DNA of 64,000 nt from Octopus vulgaris (GCA_951406725.2 OX597816.1:77748001-77812000), one strand, 5' to 3'. Positions 1 to 15,366 are shown, numbered from the stretch's first letter. The notes: a model not told the origin generated them from the letters alone. Numbers and translations are program-made.

Positions 1-1547
1 ATTGATCGTATACCATTTATGATGTCATTTGCAATGAGATTTGTGGTAAAAAGGAAAATGATATAGTTAGCTGAAGGATTGTCAGTGGGCGTCGACGACG
101 ACGATGATGATGATGAGATCCATCATCATCATCATAATGTTTTTTTCTTCTTGTTGTTCCTACTGGTGTTGGGTTGGTTTCTTGGTGATAACAATTGTTT
201 TGATATTCTCTTGGTAATGCAGTTAATAACAGCCAGACTCGCCTGAGAATTTTGCTTCGTTGTGGTTCTTACTCCCAGATCAGCCCTGATGAAACAGATT
301 TATAACCAAGGCCCTCCAGGCATGACATTCCCCAGCTTTTTTAAAGCATAATATATCTTGGATTAGATTATCCTTGATTCAATACGTTAGTCTCCTACCT
401 TCTGTAAAGATGGGAGGACTTAGTTGCTATTTCTAGTAGACTGAACGATTATGCAAACGCTCCTTTGAATCCTGAGTGTCGCTTGTAATAATGTCAAGCG
501 CGTTGTTCTTTGTAATTTGAAAAGTGTTTGGATTTTATAATGCACTTATTGGAGTTTTACTGAAGCTGGTATAATCGCGATAAACCTAATACATTCGCAT
601 ATATCAGGTCTTTGTATTGGACAAATGGCATTTATATCAATGTTCAAAGTGTGTATTTTTCTCTACTATGTCTCCTATGTGTGTGGATAATTACTGGTAC
701 TTTATTTTCTCTGCGTGCATGACTGGTAGTCTTTTACCTATTACTTGTTTCGGGTGTATGGACTGTGGCCATGCTGAAGCATCGACTTGAAAGTTTTTGG
801 CGAACAAATCGACCTTAGTACTTATTTTAAGTTTCGTACTTATTGTAGCGGTTTGTTATGCCGAATCGCTAAGTTACGGGAACATAAACAACGTAAGTCA
901 AAGGCTGTCTGATTATGGTCAAAGGCTGTCCGGTTATGACCATCCCGGCTTCATTTTATAAACTACATAATCCAATGTGTCTTTCAAATACTTAAAATCT
1001 TAGGGTGTGCTTTCAGGGAGATTTGGCTGCTATTTCTAGCTAGTCGAGTGAAACACAACAATGATTGGATAGACCTATAACGCAGAGATCCCCATCATGA
1101 CCATCCCTTCCAGAAGTATATAGGCGGTATTATCCTCTGTAGCTTCGTAAAACTCTAGAATATAGTTTGATAGAGATTTGGCTGCTAATTTTAGCAGGTC
1201 AGGTGATCACAAATAAGCAGTGTTGTTAGCTGTAACGGTCTTGATGGTTGTTTGTTCCTGACCGAACAGGCCTATGATCAAAAACAACCTAGCCGTGACC
1301 ACCACACCCTTCAGATTTACTGAGTTAAATTTGACTCAATTACTAACAGGTCTTGGAACTATGTAGAGGCTCACTCGTTGGTACGGTCTTAGTGTTGATG
1401 TTGATTGTGGTGCTGGCACTAGTAGTGATGTTGTTAGAAGTAATGGTGTTGGTTGTAGTGATGGTATGTCGTGGTGCTGGTGGTGGTTAGGGGCAATGAT
1501 AGTGATTATGACAAGATTCCAAAGAAAACGTCCTCATATTTACTTAC

Positions 1548-1641
1548 CTTGAGCATGACTGTGAAAGCATGTTTATCTCTTGGTAGACTTCCTCTGGCCC
1601 CAGGGAATTCCCAGTCCATGTCTAAACCATCGAAACCATAT
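1548..1641 (-). CDS. GH18 chitinase, coding exon 4 (catalytic motif); gene continues beyond window start
   Basis: Acceptor TTTTTTTTAG, donor AAG|GTAAGT, phase 2-0. Translates (R)[31 protein letters not shown] with an intact DxxDxDxE motif. Confidence 0.95.
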
Positions 1642-3898
1642 CTAAAAAAAAGCGGGGAAAACGGGATAATGAAAGTGAAGGTTGAGAAGAAAGTCTAAAT
1701 GAAGCACGTACGTTGATTAACAAAAGCTTCATCAAAAGCGATAAACCATCGTTTTTAGTTCTAGCCCGCTATGTTCCATCTGAAATTACACCGGAATCAA
1801 TTTAGTTCATCATATCTTTGTATGTGAAACCTAGTCTGTGGCTAGTGATAGAGGTCTTAGTGAAATGACAGACTTGGCAGAAATTGGAAGTGGGGTAATA
1901 ATCTCCTCACAATGCGAGGCGGGATTAGAAACTTAAATTTGAAATGAAATATGAGATACGAAGTGTTCAAGTATAAATATCTGTCTATAATGTAATTTAA
2001 AAAAAAATTTATCTATATTTATCTCTTTTATCTTTTGCTTGTTTCAGTCATAAGATTGCGGCCATGTTGGAACACCACCTTGAAGGGTTTAGTCGAACAA
2101 ATCCATCCCCAGTACTTTTTTCCTAAGCCTGCCGAGCAGCTGCTCTACGGGTACGTAAACAAACTAACATCGGTTGTTAAGCGGTGGTAGGGGACAAACA
2201 CAAAAACGCGTGCGTGCGCGCGCACACACATACACACACGCACACATGCACACACACGCGCGCGCACACACACACATATATATCTTCAGTGTACCAAGGC
2301 CACTAACAAGGTTTAGTTCGGGCCTCGGTTATAATGAAAGCCCATGGTGCCACACAGTGGGACCGAATCTGAAACCATGTGGTTGGGAAGCAAACTTCTT
2401 GCTAAACTGCCACGCCTATGGCGAATTTCTTACAATTTCTAGTTAGTGGTTAGTCTCTTCCTCCTTCTACTATGCAATAAAAAAAAAACTGAATATTTAT
2501 CCAAAGACTTGATGAGATCTCAATAAACAGAGTCGTCAGATCGTATTTGCAACATATTTTCGATCCCAAGTGAAGACATAACCCGTCATTGATGTCGTTA
2601 ATGTCTCTCCAGACATGTATAACAATCACAGATATATATTTCTTTGCGATAGAACTTTGTGTTTTGACGAAAGAAACCAATATTCTAACGATTGTGAAGT
2701 CAGTGTTAATACATTTAATGCAATAGCAGCGGAAATCTCACTACAGAGAATAATGTACTGAAGAAATAATAGACCGGAAAAGACATTAGCCAATGACTAA
2801 CATTATTTTAATTACTCCGGCATATACGAGAGATAACTCCAGATATATTTCGATATAATTTGACTTCCTTAGCAAAGAAAATTTGATTTGCTAAAGTTAG
2901 TGATGATAAAACCACTACAGAAATATACAATACTGTACTCGAGAAAGAATGAAAAATTAGCATATTCTTTGTGAATAGATTGCCGATGGAAATAACTCAG
3001 CAATACTACCCATACGAAAAACTGATTTTAGTGTTTTTTATATTTAGCATATTTCATGTAGTAAGTATAGCCTACACTTTTGGGGTTATGACCCATGGCC
3101 AGAAAATGCAACTTCAACAAAAAGGATGATTTGCCAGGAGAACCAGCTCTTAACCACACAATATGAATTTACGCTTCCTTCTCTCTTAAATTAAGTATAA
3201 ATGTTTATCTGCTTTAAATTGAACACTTAACTACCGCTCCGCCCTGTTACATTGATAATTCGTTGGTGATTTAGTATCTGTATAGTCTCCTAATATTGTC
3301 TTATATAGGAAATGTCATATTTTGATTCTATTCTTCGACAAATAACTTAACCCGAAAATATGAATAAATAAGTTTATGAATGAGTTTTTTTCTAAATAAA
3401 CATCACTCCACAAAATAAACATCATCTAAACAAGCATCACTCCACAAAATGCACACTCTAGTTTAACGGCGGTGCATCAGCATGGCCGCAGCTCTGAGCT
3501 GAAACTAGAGAGAAAAAAAAACATTGCAATGAATAGAATCGGGTTTCAAGACCAGTCAGTGGGTTTGCTGTTCCTTTATGACCTTAAATTGGTGATTAAT
3601 GAGATATAATTATTTTACATTACTAATATTAAAGGTCTAAGTCAGTCAAGGACAACCCGTTTTTTTTTTGAGAAGCGGGTTGCATGAGACATGGATCAGT
3701 ATTAGGCGGGCCGCACACAACTAAAAAGTAATTCTTTGCAACGTGTGCAATTCAGAAAATCCCGTGAGCCACAGTTTGCCCATGGCGGATTTAAGTGGTT
3801 ATTACACACACGCACGCACACACAATCACGCGCGCACACACACACACACTCGTATACATGTATGCTTAAATGGATAGATGTACATGTGTGTATATGCA

Positions 3899-3997
<99 letters not shown>

Positions 3998-4207
3998 GTA
4001 TATATATGTTTACAGAGATAGATAAATATATATAGAGAGAGAGAGGGAGAAAGAGAGAGAGAGAGCAACTGTTCAAAAGGAATTTTAACCGTGTCTGAGG
4101 GCCTGTAGCGGATAAGAATGCATACTCTTCCTCCAGAGCAAACTATACTAAAAAGAGAGAAAAAAACGAAGTGAGAGGGTTGCAAGTACTACTGCATTAA
4201 GATTATC

Positions 4208-4255
<48 letters not shown>

Positions 4256-5817
4256 ACACACAGTACACAAAAGTGATCTCATTGATTAGAATAGTGTTGA
4301 TGGCGAAGTGGTAAAAGCGATGCATGATGGTAATGAGAATAGTGATGTTAGTATTGTTACTGTTGATAATTATGGTTTATTACTGAAAAAAAAAAAAAAA
4401 CAGGCACGCTTATATATACTCTTTCCCTCTCTCTTCCATTATTTCTTCCTCGCTTTCACATACACAGCAAGCAAACACAGTCATGTACAAAACCATTTGA
4501 AAAACCAGCAGGCGGTATAAAATTTACTGGCCGACATTTTGAATGCAGCAGACGATAATAAAGATTTGAAAAGGATGAGAAGACGAGAAAATATTTGTTT
4601 TATTATTTTTTTTAACAAAGCAGTTACAACAATAACAAATGTATGAATAACTGGAGAGATAACGTTTGAAAGTATATGAGGCGTATCGGGGAAATTTTGC
4701 AGACCAGCATGTTAGTGAGGCGTGGAAGTAGAATGGAAACTGTTTCCTTTCAATGACGCGCTGTCAGCCCAAACGAGTTTTTGTAACATCGTATATCATT
4801 GGAAATATAGCGAAGGCGGCAGAAATACCGAAAGAATGAACATAAACTATTTGATAAACATACTAATAATAAATAATCCAAAAGGAGTACGCGAGCAAAC
4901 GTACATATTGCAAGAAAACAAACAGAAGAAATAAAGAAAAATACAAACTAGGCGCATGTATTGCTGTGTGGTTAAGAAGTTCGCTTTGTGGCCATGTGGT
5001 TTCGGGTTTCAATTCCACCGCGCACCACTTTGGGTAAGCGTCTTCTACTATAGCCCCGGACCGACTAGTGCCTTGTGAATGAATTTGGAAGATGAATACT
5101 GTTTGGAAGCTCACCTGTATGTGTAGAGAAGCTCACGTGTGTGTGTGTGTGTGTGCGTGTGTGTGTGTTTATGTTTGTCCCACCCGCCGCTTAACTGACG
5201 TTGGTTCATGTTCCGGTAACGTAGCTGTTCAGTAAAAGAGATCGATACAAAAGTTACCAGTGGAGCACTAGGGTCCATGTAATCAACTTGACCCGTCCCC
5301 CGAAGTTGCTGGCCTTGTGCCAAAATTTGAAATTATTATTTATCACAACTCAGGTAGCGAGTGGCAGAACCGTTAGCGACATTTCGTCCGTTTTCACGTT
5401 CAGAATTCAGATTCTGCCGAGATTGTCTTCGCCATTCATCCTTTGAAGGTCGATAAAATAAGTCCCAGTTGAGCATAAATGTCGATGTAATCGACTTACT
5501 CATGATCTGAAATTGCTAGCCTTGTGTCTACATTTGAAATCAATATTTATCACAACTATGCTGGTACAATCATAGAGAACCGTTTCTAAGTGAATTTAAC
5601 TTGCGATCGGGTATCCATTCTATTTCCACATAATTTGTGCGGCTAATGCTTATGAATTTCTCTCTCACCTGTAAATTTCTAAACATATAGGCACAAGCAT
5701 GGTTGTGTGGTTAACAAGCTCGCTTTTCAGTCATTAGATTTGGGGTTCAATCCTATTGAGCGGTACCTTCGTCAAGTATATTTAACTATAGTCCCACGTT
5801 GATTAATACCTTGTGAA

Positions 5818-6200
5818 GGCGGTGAGCTGGCAGAATCATTAGTGCGCTGGACGAAATGCTTAGCGGTATTTCGTCTATCGTTACCTTGTGAGTTCAAATT
5901 CCGCCGAGGTCGACTTTGCCTTTCATCCTTTCGGGGTCGATAAATTAAGTACCAGTTACGCACTGGGGTCGATGTAATCGATTCAATACCTATGTCTGTT
6001 CTTGTTTGTCCCCTCTGTGTTTAGCCCCTTGTGGGTAATAAAGAAATAGGTATTTCGCCCGTCGCTACGTTCTGAGTTCAAATTCCGCCGAGGTCGACTT
6101 TGCTGTTCATCCTTTCAGGGTCGATAAATTAAGTACCAGTTGACTACTGGGGTCGATGTAATCGACTTAACTCCTCCTCCAAAACTTCAGGCCTTGTGCC
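5818..6200 (+). mobile_element. tRNA-derived SINE family B (two adjoining copies, nested in a family A remnant)
   Basis: Head GGCGGTGAGCTGGCAGAATC, B box GAGTTCAAATTCC, core GTCGACTTTGCCTTTCATCCTTTCGGGGTCGATAAATTAAGTACC. Approximate other copies: 5350-5545, 7810-8020, 9120-9450, 17420-17620(-), 20850-21057(-), 36470-37860, 55540-55715(-). Confidence 0.85.
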
Positions 6201-6784
6201 CGAGTCTATAGTAGAAGATACTTTCCCAAGATGTCACGCGGCGGGACAGAGCCAGGAACCATGTAGTTGGGAAGGAAACCTCTTACCACCATACACAGTC
6301 ACGCTTGCACCTTTTGTGTGTGTGTCTGTGATGTGTGTGTGCGTGCGCGCGTGTGCATGCATGTATGTATGTATGCGCGTGTGTGTATGTATGTATGTAT
6401 GTATGTATGTATGTATGTATGTATGTATGTATGTGTGTGAGTGTCTTTTTTGTCTCCCCGTTGCCTGATAACAGATATTGGTTTTTTTACGCCAATGTAG
6501 TTGATGCTCAACTTGAGCTTGTGAAGGGCAGTGTTTGCAGGAAAAAAACTAAGACGAGGAAAGAATTTGGTACTGGCCAGAATGGTTAGTGCGAAGAAGC
6601 ACGTCAAGGATAACGCGAGCAGGAGAGGAAATCAGATTATATAGCTGCTAAATGAAATCGAAACTAGATACGCAGACACATCACCTCGCAGATAACTTCT
6701 AAAAAACTTTAATTTCCGTGGTGACAACTAGGATAAGTGATTAGAGGACAAGTTTGAGGAGAAACAATAACAGATATATCTTAC

Positions 6785-6947
6785 CTACGGAGATAGTTGA
6801 TTACATTTTGGCTCCATTGCGCCATAGTATATTGGGATTGAATCATTTCCAGAAAAGGTTTTGAACCAATCTTCCATCCACCGACCGCTAACAGCACTCG
6901 CAGTTGAGGGTTCTGCTTCTTCAAGGCAAGAGTTCTCTGGTAATATT
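6785..6947 (-). CDS. GH18 chitinase, coding exon 3
   Basis: Acceptor ACACAG, donor AG|GTAAG, phase 1-2. Translates EYYQRTLALKKQNPQLRVLLAVGGWKIGSKPFLEMIQSQYTMAQWSQNVINYLR, containing the GH18 LKxxNPxLxVLLAVGGW motif. Confidence 0.95.
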
Positions 6948-7150
6948 CTGTGTAGAGACAAATACGCATTATATAATAATTATATATGCTCTCTTTTTTG
7001 GAACATTGGATCTCGAGGCACGTCACAAAGCTATAAACAATAGAATGTAAATATTGCGTTGAAAAAGCCTTTCGGATATGGTAATTTTTGTAGCTTTATA
7101 TGATGTGGTCCGAGATCCAATGTACCCTAATAGAATTATTTCACATTCTC

Positions 7151-7194
<44 letters not shown>

Positions 7195-7343
7195 CACAAA
7201 ATGGGACAAGAACGCGAGACATCCGGACAACCAGATGATACAAAAAGGGGACAAGAAAACATCCAGATAGACGATACAAAAAAACAAGGTCATTCGAAGC
7301 TTTTTATCTTCAGTCAAGAACCGGATCATCCTCGCAATTTCGG

Positions 7344-7379
<36 letters not shown>

Positions 7380-8512
7380 TGGCTGTCTGAAAACACCACA
7401 TCCGATTCACAAACTCACACACACATTAATATTTGTGTATACGAATGAGGTAAAAGCACTCAATGCACAAGGTTTAGTGCGTATATTTTATTAAAATCCG
7501 AAGTTTCTTGAGTCATAACTTTGGATTTTCTGTTTCCAATTGTTGAAACGATTCATTGCAATTTCTAAGAAGTGTTTGGACAATCGGTAACGTGAAACTC
7601 GGAGTTGCGATTCAAGAAACTCCAGCTTTTCAGATACATATGCTGACATCACCGTTTCTAAAAGGAATTATACATTAACTTCGAAGCCCTGTTAACCTTT
7701 TCCTTGTAAAAGTTAATATGCATTTTACTTAAAATTTATTGTGTAAACCCTCAAACCTTCGGTATGATATTAAATTTTTGATATATTTATATATATTACT
7801 TGACTTCGCGAGGTAACAGAATTGTTAGTACACTGGACAAATTGCTAACCGGCATTTCTTCTGTCTTCTCGTTAAGAGTCCTAATTCTGTCGAGATCGAC
7901 TTTGCCCTTCACTCGTTCAGGGTCGATAAAATAAGTACCAGTGAGCGCTCGGGTAAATGTAATCTGCTAACCCCGCCTCTTAAAAATCACGGGCCTTGTG
8001 CCAGAATTAGAAGAACTTATTCAGGGCGGTGGACTAGCGGAATCATTAGTGTGATGGACAAAATACCTTGCAGCTCTTTATTTTCTGTGTTCAAATCCCG
8101 CCAGTGTGTGACTTCAGTTTCTACTATGATCACGTTGTTCGATTTAAAAAAAATAACGATGCATGTACAAAGTGGTTCATGATGCATACGATTCTTAATA
8201 TATATTCAAACAAAATTTTATATTTTAAACACCCGCAAACAAGTTGTTGTTGAACGTGCAATACGTGGGTAGGTGGAGTACAATACGTGGAGTGCAATAT
8301 GTGGGTAGGTGAGTCAATAAGCAACACGACTTTCTAGTTGTTATCCAGTTTGTTCTTGCATGGATGAGTATTGATGGTAATTGCAGAGGAGGTGGGCGAA
8401 CTGGTCACAGTTAAAATACCGACTTAAATTTTCATTACAGATTCTATTTTTAGCCAAACTAAGTTTCGACATTCCTTTCTCATCCGTGTGTAGACTTATT
8501 TGGTCATGTGTG

Positions 8513-8820
8513 AAGGCGCGTGACTTAGTGGTATTCGGTTTACTATCGTAATGTCGTGAGTTCGATTCCCAGCGGCGCGTTGTGTCCTTGAGCATTTATT
8601 TCACTTTGCTCCAGTCCACTCAGCTGGCAAAAAGAGTTGTACCTGTATTTCAAAAGGACAGCCTTGTCACATTCTGTGTCACGCTGAATCTTCCAGAGAA
8701 CTACGTTAAAGGTACGCGTGTATATGGAGTGCTCAGCCACTTGCATGTTAATTTCATGGGCAGGCTATTTCTTTGATCGGACCAACTAGAAGCTGCGTCT
8801 TTGCAACTGACAGAGTGCCA
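8513..8820 (+). mobile_element. tRNA-derived SINE family C
   Basis: GGCGCGTGACTTAGTGG (A box), GAGTTCGATTCC (B box), then GTGTCCTTGAGCA and CTCCAGTCCACTCAGCTG. Confidence 0.65.
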
Positions 8821-10089
8821 ATATTTGGTTATGTACTCTGCTAGTTGGCATTGTTCACCCAAAGAAAGTCACACAAGAATAAAAGGAATTTCTGAAGGAC
8901 TGAGAAATCCGAATGTTATCTCAAGGACGTATTGAACAATCCCAGCACCAACTTGGAGGTAGTAAAAAACTATTCATTTATAATACTGAGCTCGAACCAT
9001 CTTGAACTCAAAGAATATCTTTTTTTAAAGTCAGATTTAATCTTTGAATTTCGATTCTTCGATTCTATTCCCCGCCATACTCTCTTATCTACATTTCTAT
9101 CTTATCATATATCTCTCTCTCGAGTTCAAATTCCACCAAGGAGGACTTTGCCTTTCATCATTTCAGGGTTTATTATATAAGTTTCAGTTGAATACTGGGG
9201 TCGATGTAATCGACTTGCCCCTCCTCCATAATTCGAGGCTTTGTGTCTACAGTAGAAAGGATTATTTCTCTCTCTTCCTTAGCGGCATTTGTTTCAACTT
9301 TATGTTCTGAATTCAAATTCTGCTAAGGTCGACTTTGTCTTTCACCCCTTCAGGGTCGATAAGATAAGTATCAATTGACCACTGGGATCGATGCAAACGA
9401 CTACTCCCTCTCCAGCAATTTCAGGCTATGCGCTTTTAATAGAAAGGATTATTTTTTTCTCTCTCTTTCATTCTAGTCTGCTTTACCAAACTTTATTACA
9501 TTCCTTATTACTTCCTGTGAGATTCCTTGCGTCGGCCGGATTTGCATCATTCGCCGACGAAATTTACGGTTTTGAGTCATGCCATTCATTAAAATAAGAG
9601 GCGGCAGTGATAATGAAAGTAAGAGTGAAAGTGATAGTAGTAGTGAAAGAGGTGGTGGTGATGGTGGGGATGCTGTTATGACTGTGGTAAAGTTGGCGAT
9701 GTGCTTGTTGCAGTGGCTGCCGGCGGCCAGTGGCGGCGATGCTGATTGCGCTAGTAGTATGGATAGTATGGATAGTAGTAGTAGTAGTAGTAGTAACATG
9801 TTGTCTGGAGCAGTGGTGGTGGTGGTGGTGAGAGTTGTTCTACTGAAGTTACTGTTGATGCTGAGACCAGCGGAGAGAATCAAGTTTCTGGACTGTCTTT
9901 ACCGCCACCACCGTCGTCGTCATCTTCATCACCATCATGATCCTGATCGTCATCATTATAATCATCAACATCAACAGCAGCCACAATTGTTGTAGAAGTT
10001 GTAAATTACATAGAAAGATATAAAACAGAGCGAGTTTCTCAAACATCACGCTTGGCTAGAGATGCAGACGGATAGGTAGATAGACATAC

Positions 10090-10170
<81 letters not shown>

Positions 10171-10454
10171 TATGGATAGATAGACAGAGGGAGAGAGTGA
10201 GCAAGATATAATGTGTCTAAGTGAGTAAAGGTATGAGAAGTAGAAAAGAAGCAAGGGACTAGGCATGACTAAAGGAAGGAAGGTTCAGGAATTCGCCGCA
10301 GGTTATCGAAGAAGTGCGGGCGTATTGGAATACAATATATATACATATATACATATATTTATATATATATATATATATATAATGCATATATATATATAGT
10401 GCATATATATATATGCATAATATATATCTATATGCATAATATATATATATATGC

Positions 10455-10507
<53 letters not shown>

Positions 10508-11056
10508 GTATGTATTATGCATACACACACACATATATATTGTATGAAAGTAGTGGTAGCAGTAGATGCTTGTGACTGTTAGAATGATGATGATGAGGAG
10601 GAGGAGGAATGGGAGAAGGCACTGTCTTTATTCAGTGATGTTCCAAAATTATCTTTCTTTATCTTTATTTATTCGATCTCCTCCAGCCCCGCCGCCTATA
10701 TGGTGATTATAAACCATGTATTTGTCATTCACTGGTCAACTTGATACAGATACACTACAGTTAATTTATGAATTATGTGCTTATAGCCAATTGTCTTTTT
10801 TTAAAGTATGATAGGAACAGCTTCAAATGTACTTGTTCTTTTTGTTTTTGTTTTCTTCGAAAAAAGAGAAAACAAAAATAGAGTGAGTAAAAATATCGAC
10901 AGTCGTAGCTGTGGCTGCGTGTTTAAGAAGCTGGTCTTGCAACCATCTTGCTTAGAGTTTTGTTCCACTGCGCGGCACTTTTGGCAAGTGTCTTCTAATA
11001 TAGCCCTGAGCCAATAAATGAGTGAATTTGGTGGACGGAAAGTGTGTGGAGACCCG

Positions 11057-11100
<44 letters not shown>

Positions 11101-11309
11101 CCGCGTCTGTACCGTTGGCGATTATTTTTTTTCCTCCGTCTTCCCTTCACTGGACCTTTCCTTTTCCTATGTTTCTGACAAAGAGCTCCGCTCGAAACGT
11201 AAAACCTTCCTTCTTCCCTTCCTTCCTGAGCGTCCAATAATACTATATTTGTTCCACGTCCTCGCGTTGTTGTGTTTTCTCTTGGTGTTTTCATGTTTGG
11301 ATTAACTTT

Positions 11310-11361
<52 letters not shown>

Positions 11362-11364
11362 AGT

Positions 11365-12372
11365 TGATATTTACAGAAAAACAAAAGACGAAGACAAGTG
11401 TATGAACAACAAGCAGGTGTATTAGTTTGACGCTCCGGAAAGTGAGAAAGTCTTTTACGTTTCGACCCTACGCACTTCAACCGAAAGGAATAAGAGAAAA
11501 TAAACAGAGACAAAAAGAAACTTGTGGATTTAGCGATTAGGCATGGCGATGGGTTGGGAAAAAACTTTTGACAGGAAGGGTAGAAAGAAGGGGAGATAAT
11601 AAAGTATTGGTGATCCCAAGACAAAGGTGCGCGTGCATATGTTTATGTGAGAATGTGTGTGTGTGGATAGGGGCTAGTGACTTTGACGTGTAGTGTGTGC
11701 GAGTGTAAGTGTGAGCATCTGTAATATGTGAGTGTGTGGATATGGTGTGTAGGTGTGTGGATGATGGTGTGGGGATGTGCAGATGATGGTGTGTGGTGTG
11801 GGTGCTGGGAAGTGGCCAGTGCTAGTGTGTGTGGAGTGGTGTGGTGCGGTGATGTGGCGGTGTGACGGTGTGGGTATGTGGAGTTGGGGTGGGTGTTGAG
11901 AGAAGACGTGGGCGTGGTATGCAGGAGTGGGGTATGTTGGAGTGAGATATGTGGGTATGGGGTGTGGATAGAGGGGGTATCAATGAAGAGAGAAGGTGGG
12001 TAGTAGTGAAGAAAGGAAATAGGTGTCAGAGCAAGGGAGGAAAGAAAAGGCGGGTCGGAGTGAAGAGAGGAAGTAGGTGTCAGATGAAGAGAGGAGGAGA
12101 GTTGAGCCCATGTGGCGCAAAGGAGTGAAGAGAGATTAATTCCTGTTCACGGCGAAAACGGGAGTCCGGATGGCCCCTGAGCAAAGACAATCCGAACACA
12201 GGCAGGCGTTGTAGTGAATGAACGGCAGAGCGGAAATGCCGCGAGACCAGGGTGTCATTGCCGAGTCTGATGTCTCGGAGGTACTCCGCGAACCAGTTAG
12301 CCAAGCGGCGTCTCGTTTGACCGATGTACAGAGAAGGGCAGAAAGAGCAGGAGATGCAATAAATGACGTTGG
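11365..12372 (-). mobile_element. Penelope-like element 3' fragment (GIY-YIG, 3' UTR, degenerate hammerhead)
   Basis: Translation NVIYCISCSFCPSLYIGQTRRRLANWFAEYLRDI..VSRHF..RFRREQELI..APHGLN; flanked by (TA)n. Confidence 0.8.
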
Positions 12373-12373
12373 C

Positions 12374-12471
<98 letters not shown>

Positions 12472-13006
12472 AGTATACGACGTATATATAAAAATGTGTG
12501 TATGTGTTTGAGTCCGTCTGCTACACCGCTTGATAACGGGTGTCGGGTTGCATACGTCTTTGTAAAGTAGCGGTTCAGCTAAAGATATAATTAGTATCAG
12601 ACTTTAAAAAAGGAGTATTGCGGTCGATTTGTTCGCTTAGAAACCATCCAAGAGGAAGTCCCAGCATGGCCACAGTCTAATGATTGAAACAAGTAAGAGA
12701 TAAAGAAATAAATAATCCTTTCTACTATATGTACAAGACCTGAAATTTTGAGGGAGGGTGCGCATTGATTACACCGACCCCAGTGCTCAGCTTATTTCAT
12801 TGATCCCGAAAGAGAGACAGAGTTAACCTCGGCGAAATTTGAAAGCAGAATGTATCAAAAGTTCCCGGGTTAGTAATATTTAATAAATCATTATTTACCT
12901 AAGTTTCAACATACATATATATATTGCCATAAATATACACACATATATATATATACATATATATACGAATATATATATACATATAAATATACATATATAT
13001 ATATAT

Positions 13007-13408
13007 GGAATGGCTGTGTGGTAAGCAGTTTGCTTACGAACCACATGGTTCCGGGTTCAGTCCCACTGCGTGGCACCTTGGGCGAGTGTCTTCTACTATA
13101 GCCTCGGGCCGACCAAAGCCTTGTGAGTGGATTTGGTAGACGGAAACTGAAAGAAGCCTGTCGTATATATGTATCTATGTATGTATGTGTGTGTGTTTGT
13201 GTGTCTGTGTTTGTTCCCTTAGCATTGCTTGACAACCGATGCTGGTGTGTTTATGTCCCCGTTACTTAGCGGTTCGGCAAAAGAGAACTGATAGAATAAG
13301 TACTGGGCTTACAAAGAATAAGTCCCGGGGTCGAGTTGCTCGATTAAAGGCGGTGCTCCAGCATGGCCGCAGTCAAATGACTGAAACAAGTAAAAGAGTA
13401 AAAGAGTA
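13007..13408 (+). mobile_element. tRNA-derived SINE family A, full-length copy
   Basis: A box TGGCTGTGTGG, B-box-like GGTTCAGTCC, internal (TA/TG)n, tail GAAACAAGTAAAAGAGTAAAAGAGT. Approximate other copies: 2020-2418(-), 4950-5330(+), 10905-11060(+), 18730-19132(-), 21730-21985(-), 30310-30530(-), 40440-40745(-), 58495-58650(+), 60800-60925(+). Confidence 0.9.
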
Positions 13409-14440
13409 ATATATATATATATACGTATATATACACACATATATATACATACATGTATACACACACAAATATAGACACATATATACATACATACATACAT
13501 ACATACATACATACATACATACATACATACATACATACATACATACATACCGCAGCAATACACCGGTTCCAGCATTCATGCCACTTTGGGAATCCGATCT
13601 TGAAGTCGTTTTTCGTAAGTGACAAAATAGCAGACTACAGCATACACATGATCACAAAAACACAGATTTCACAACTTGCGAAGTAAACACAACGATGTCA
13701 CCGGGCACACTGCCTCATGATGTTACGGACAGAACAACTGTGTTCTGTCGTCTGATTCCTTAGGAAAGGAATGACTAATATAGTCTTAGGCATGAGTGTG
13801 GATTTAATGCAGTTGCTTATTAGGATTGACCTAGTATTAAACAACAACAAAAACCACTGTTTGAATATTCTCTCTCATCGACTTCTCCTTCTGGTACGAC
13901 GTCGAAGTTTCATCTCAAAGACCACTGCACTTAACACTTTACCTTATTCTTTCTCCCTAGCAACTGTAACATTCTGAAATTCCATCTTCGTCTAAACATT
14001 TCCCTTCTTGCAGACATGACAGCCGTCCTACCATTGAGTGCCTGTCATGTCTAGAGGAATATTGGTTCGTGTCCTATGAACAGCCTTCGACTCTTTCAAT
14101 CAAAATATTTACACGCTATCATTCATAGCATTACCGAACTTCGAGGTTCAGTTCCAAAATAACGGCAGCCGTCAAACCTGGACACAGAACTGTGAGGAAG
14201 TGAAAGTAAAGGAAATGCGGCAAACTATATTTCTAGAGCTTAACAAAAACGGAATCCTTTTCTATTCAGGAAAATCTCTTCTATTATGATCCCGTTCACA
14301 CTTTGAATGATGTATGTTTGCTTGTATGTATGTGTGTATTTATGTATGCAAGTATGTATGTATGTATGTATGTATGTATGTATGTATGTATGTATGTATG
14401 TATGTATGTATGTATGTATTTATGTATGTATGTATGTATA

Positions 14441-14509
<69 letters not shown>

Positions 14510-14762
14510 GTCTCTATAAATATGTATGTATAGACGTGTCTATATATGTGTCTATATTTGTGTGTGTAAATATATATATATATATGTATATATAAACATG
14601 TATATATATATATGTGTGTATGTGACTGTACATATATGTATATATATATATGTGTGTATATATATTTGTATGTATATGTATATATGTATATATATGTATA
14701 TATATATGTCTATATTAGTTTGTATTTATACATATATGTATATGTGTATATGTATTTGTATG

Positions 14763-14800
<38 letters not shown>

Positions 14801-15147
14801 CATGATATATAATTTATGTATATATATATATGTATGTATGTATTTATATTCACACATACTCCATACATTTATTGGTAAACAAAGCCAATGAAAAACGTTG
14901 CGAAGGTGTAGGTGAACGAACGACGGCAGTTTAATTTGATAAAAATGACGACGGCAAGCAATGTGTCAACGCAAGCAGACGATCAGGAACTGTTAAAAGT
15001 TTACCTTAGCTTCGCAGGCAATGTTTGTTTTAGAAGACAGAATAAATTTACTCTTCCGCACAAATTGGTTGTCTCTTTTCTCTGCAAATCCTTTACATAC
15101 TTTGTAACGGTATTTATGCATACACTTACAAACATATACAGGTACGC

Positions 15148-15201
<54 letters not shown>

Positions 15202-15366
15202 GCCCACACACACACACACACACACACACACTTATAAACACGTTTACTATATTTAAAATTGTTTTTGTACACGAATGTCATCTTTATCACAAATATACGT
15301 AAAATACGTACTCATAAGAAAACATATACACACATTTATGGGTATTTGCACACGCAGATGCCTGTA

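Noticed and set aside
1471-1698. 75 aa + strand ORF
   Set aside because: Antisense shadow of the chitinase catalytic exon.
9473-10049. Overlapping 136-138 aa ORFs rich in Ser, His and Gln
   Set aside because: Built from degenerate trinucleotide repeats (GTA, GGT, CAT); no domain motif and no splice pairing with the chitinase exons.
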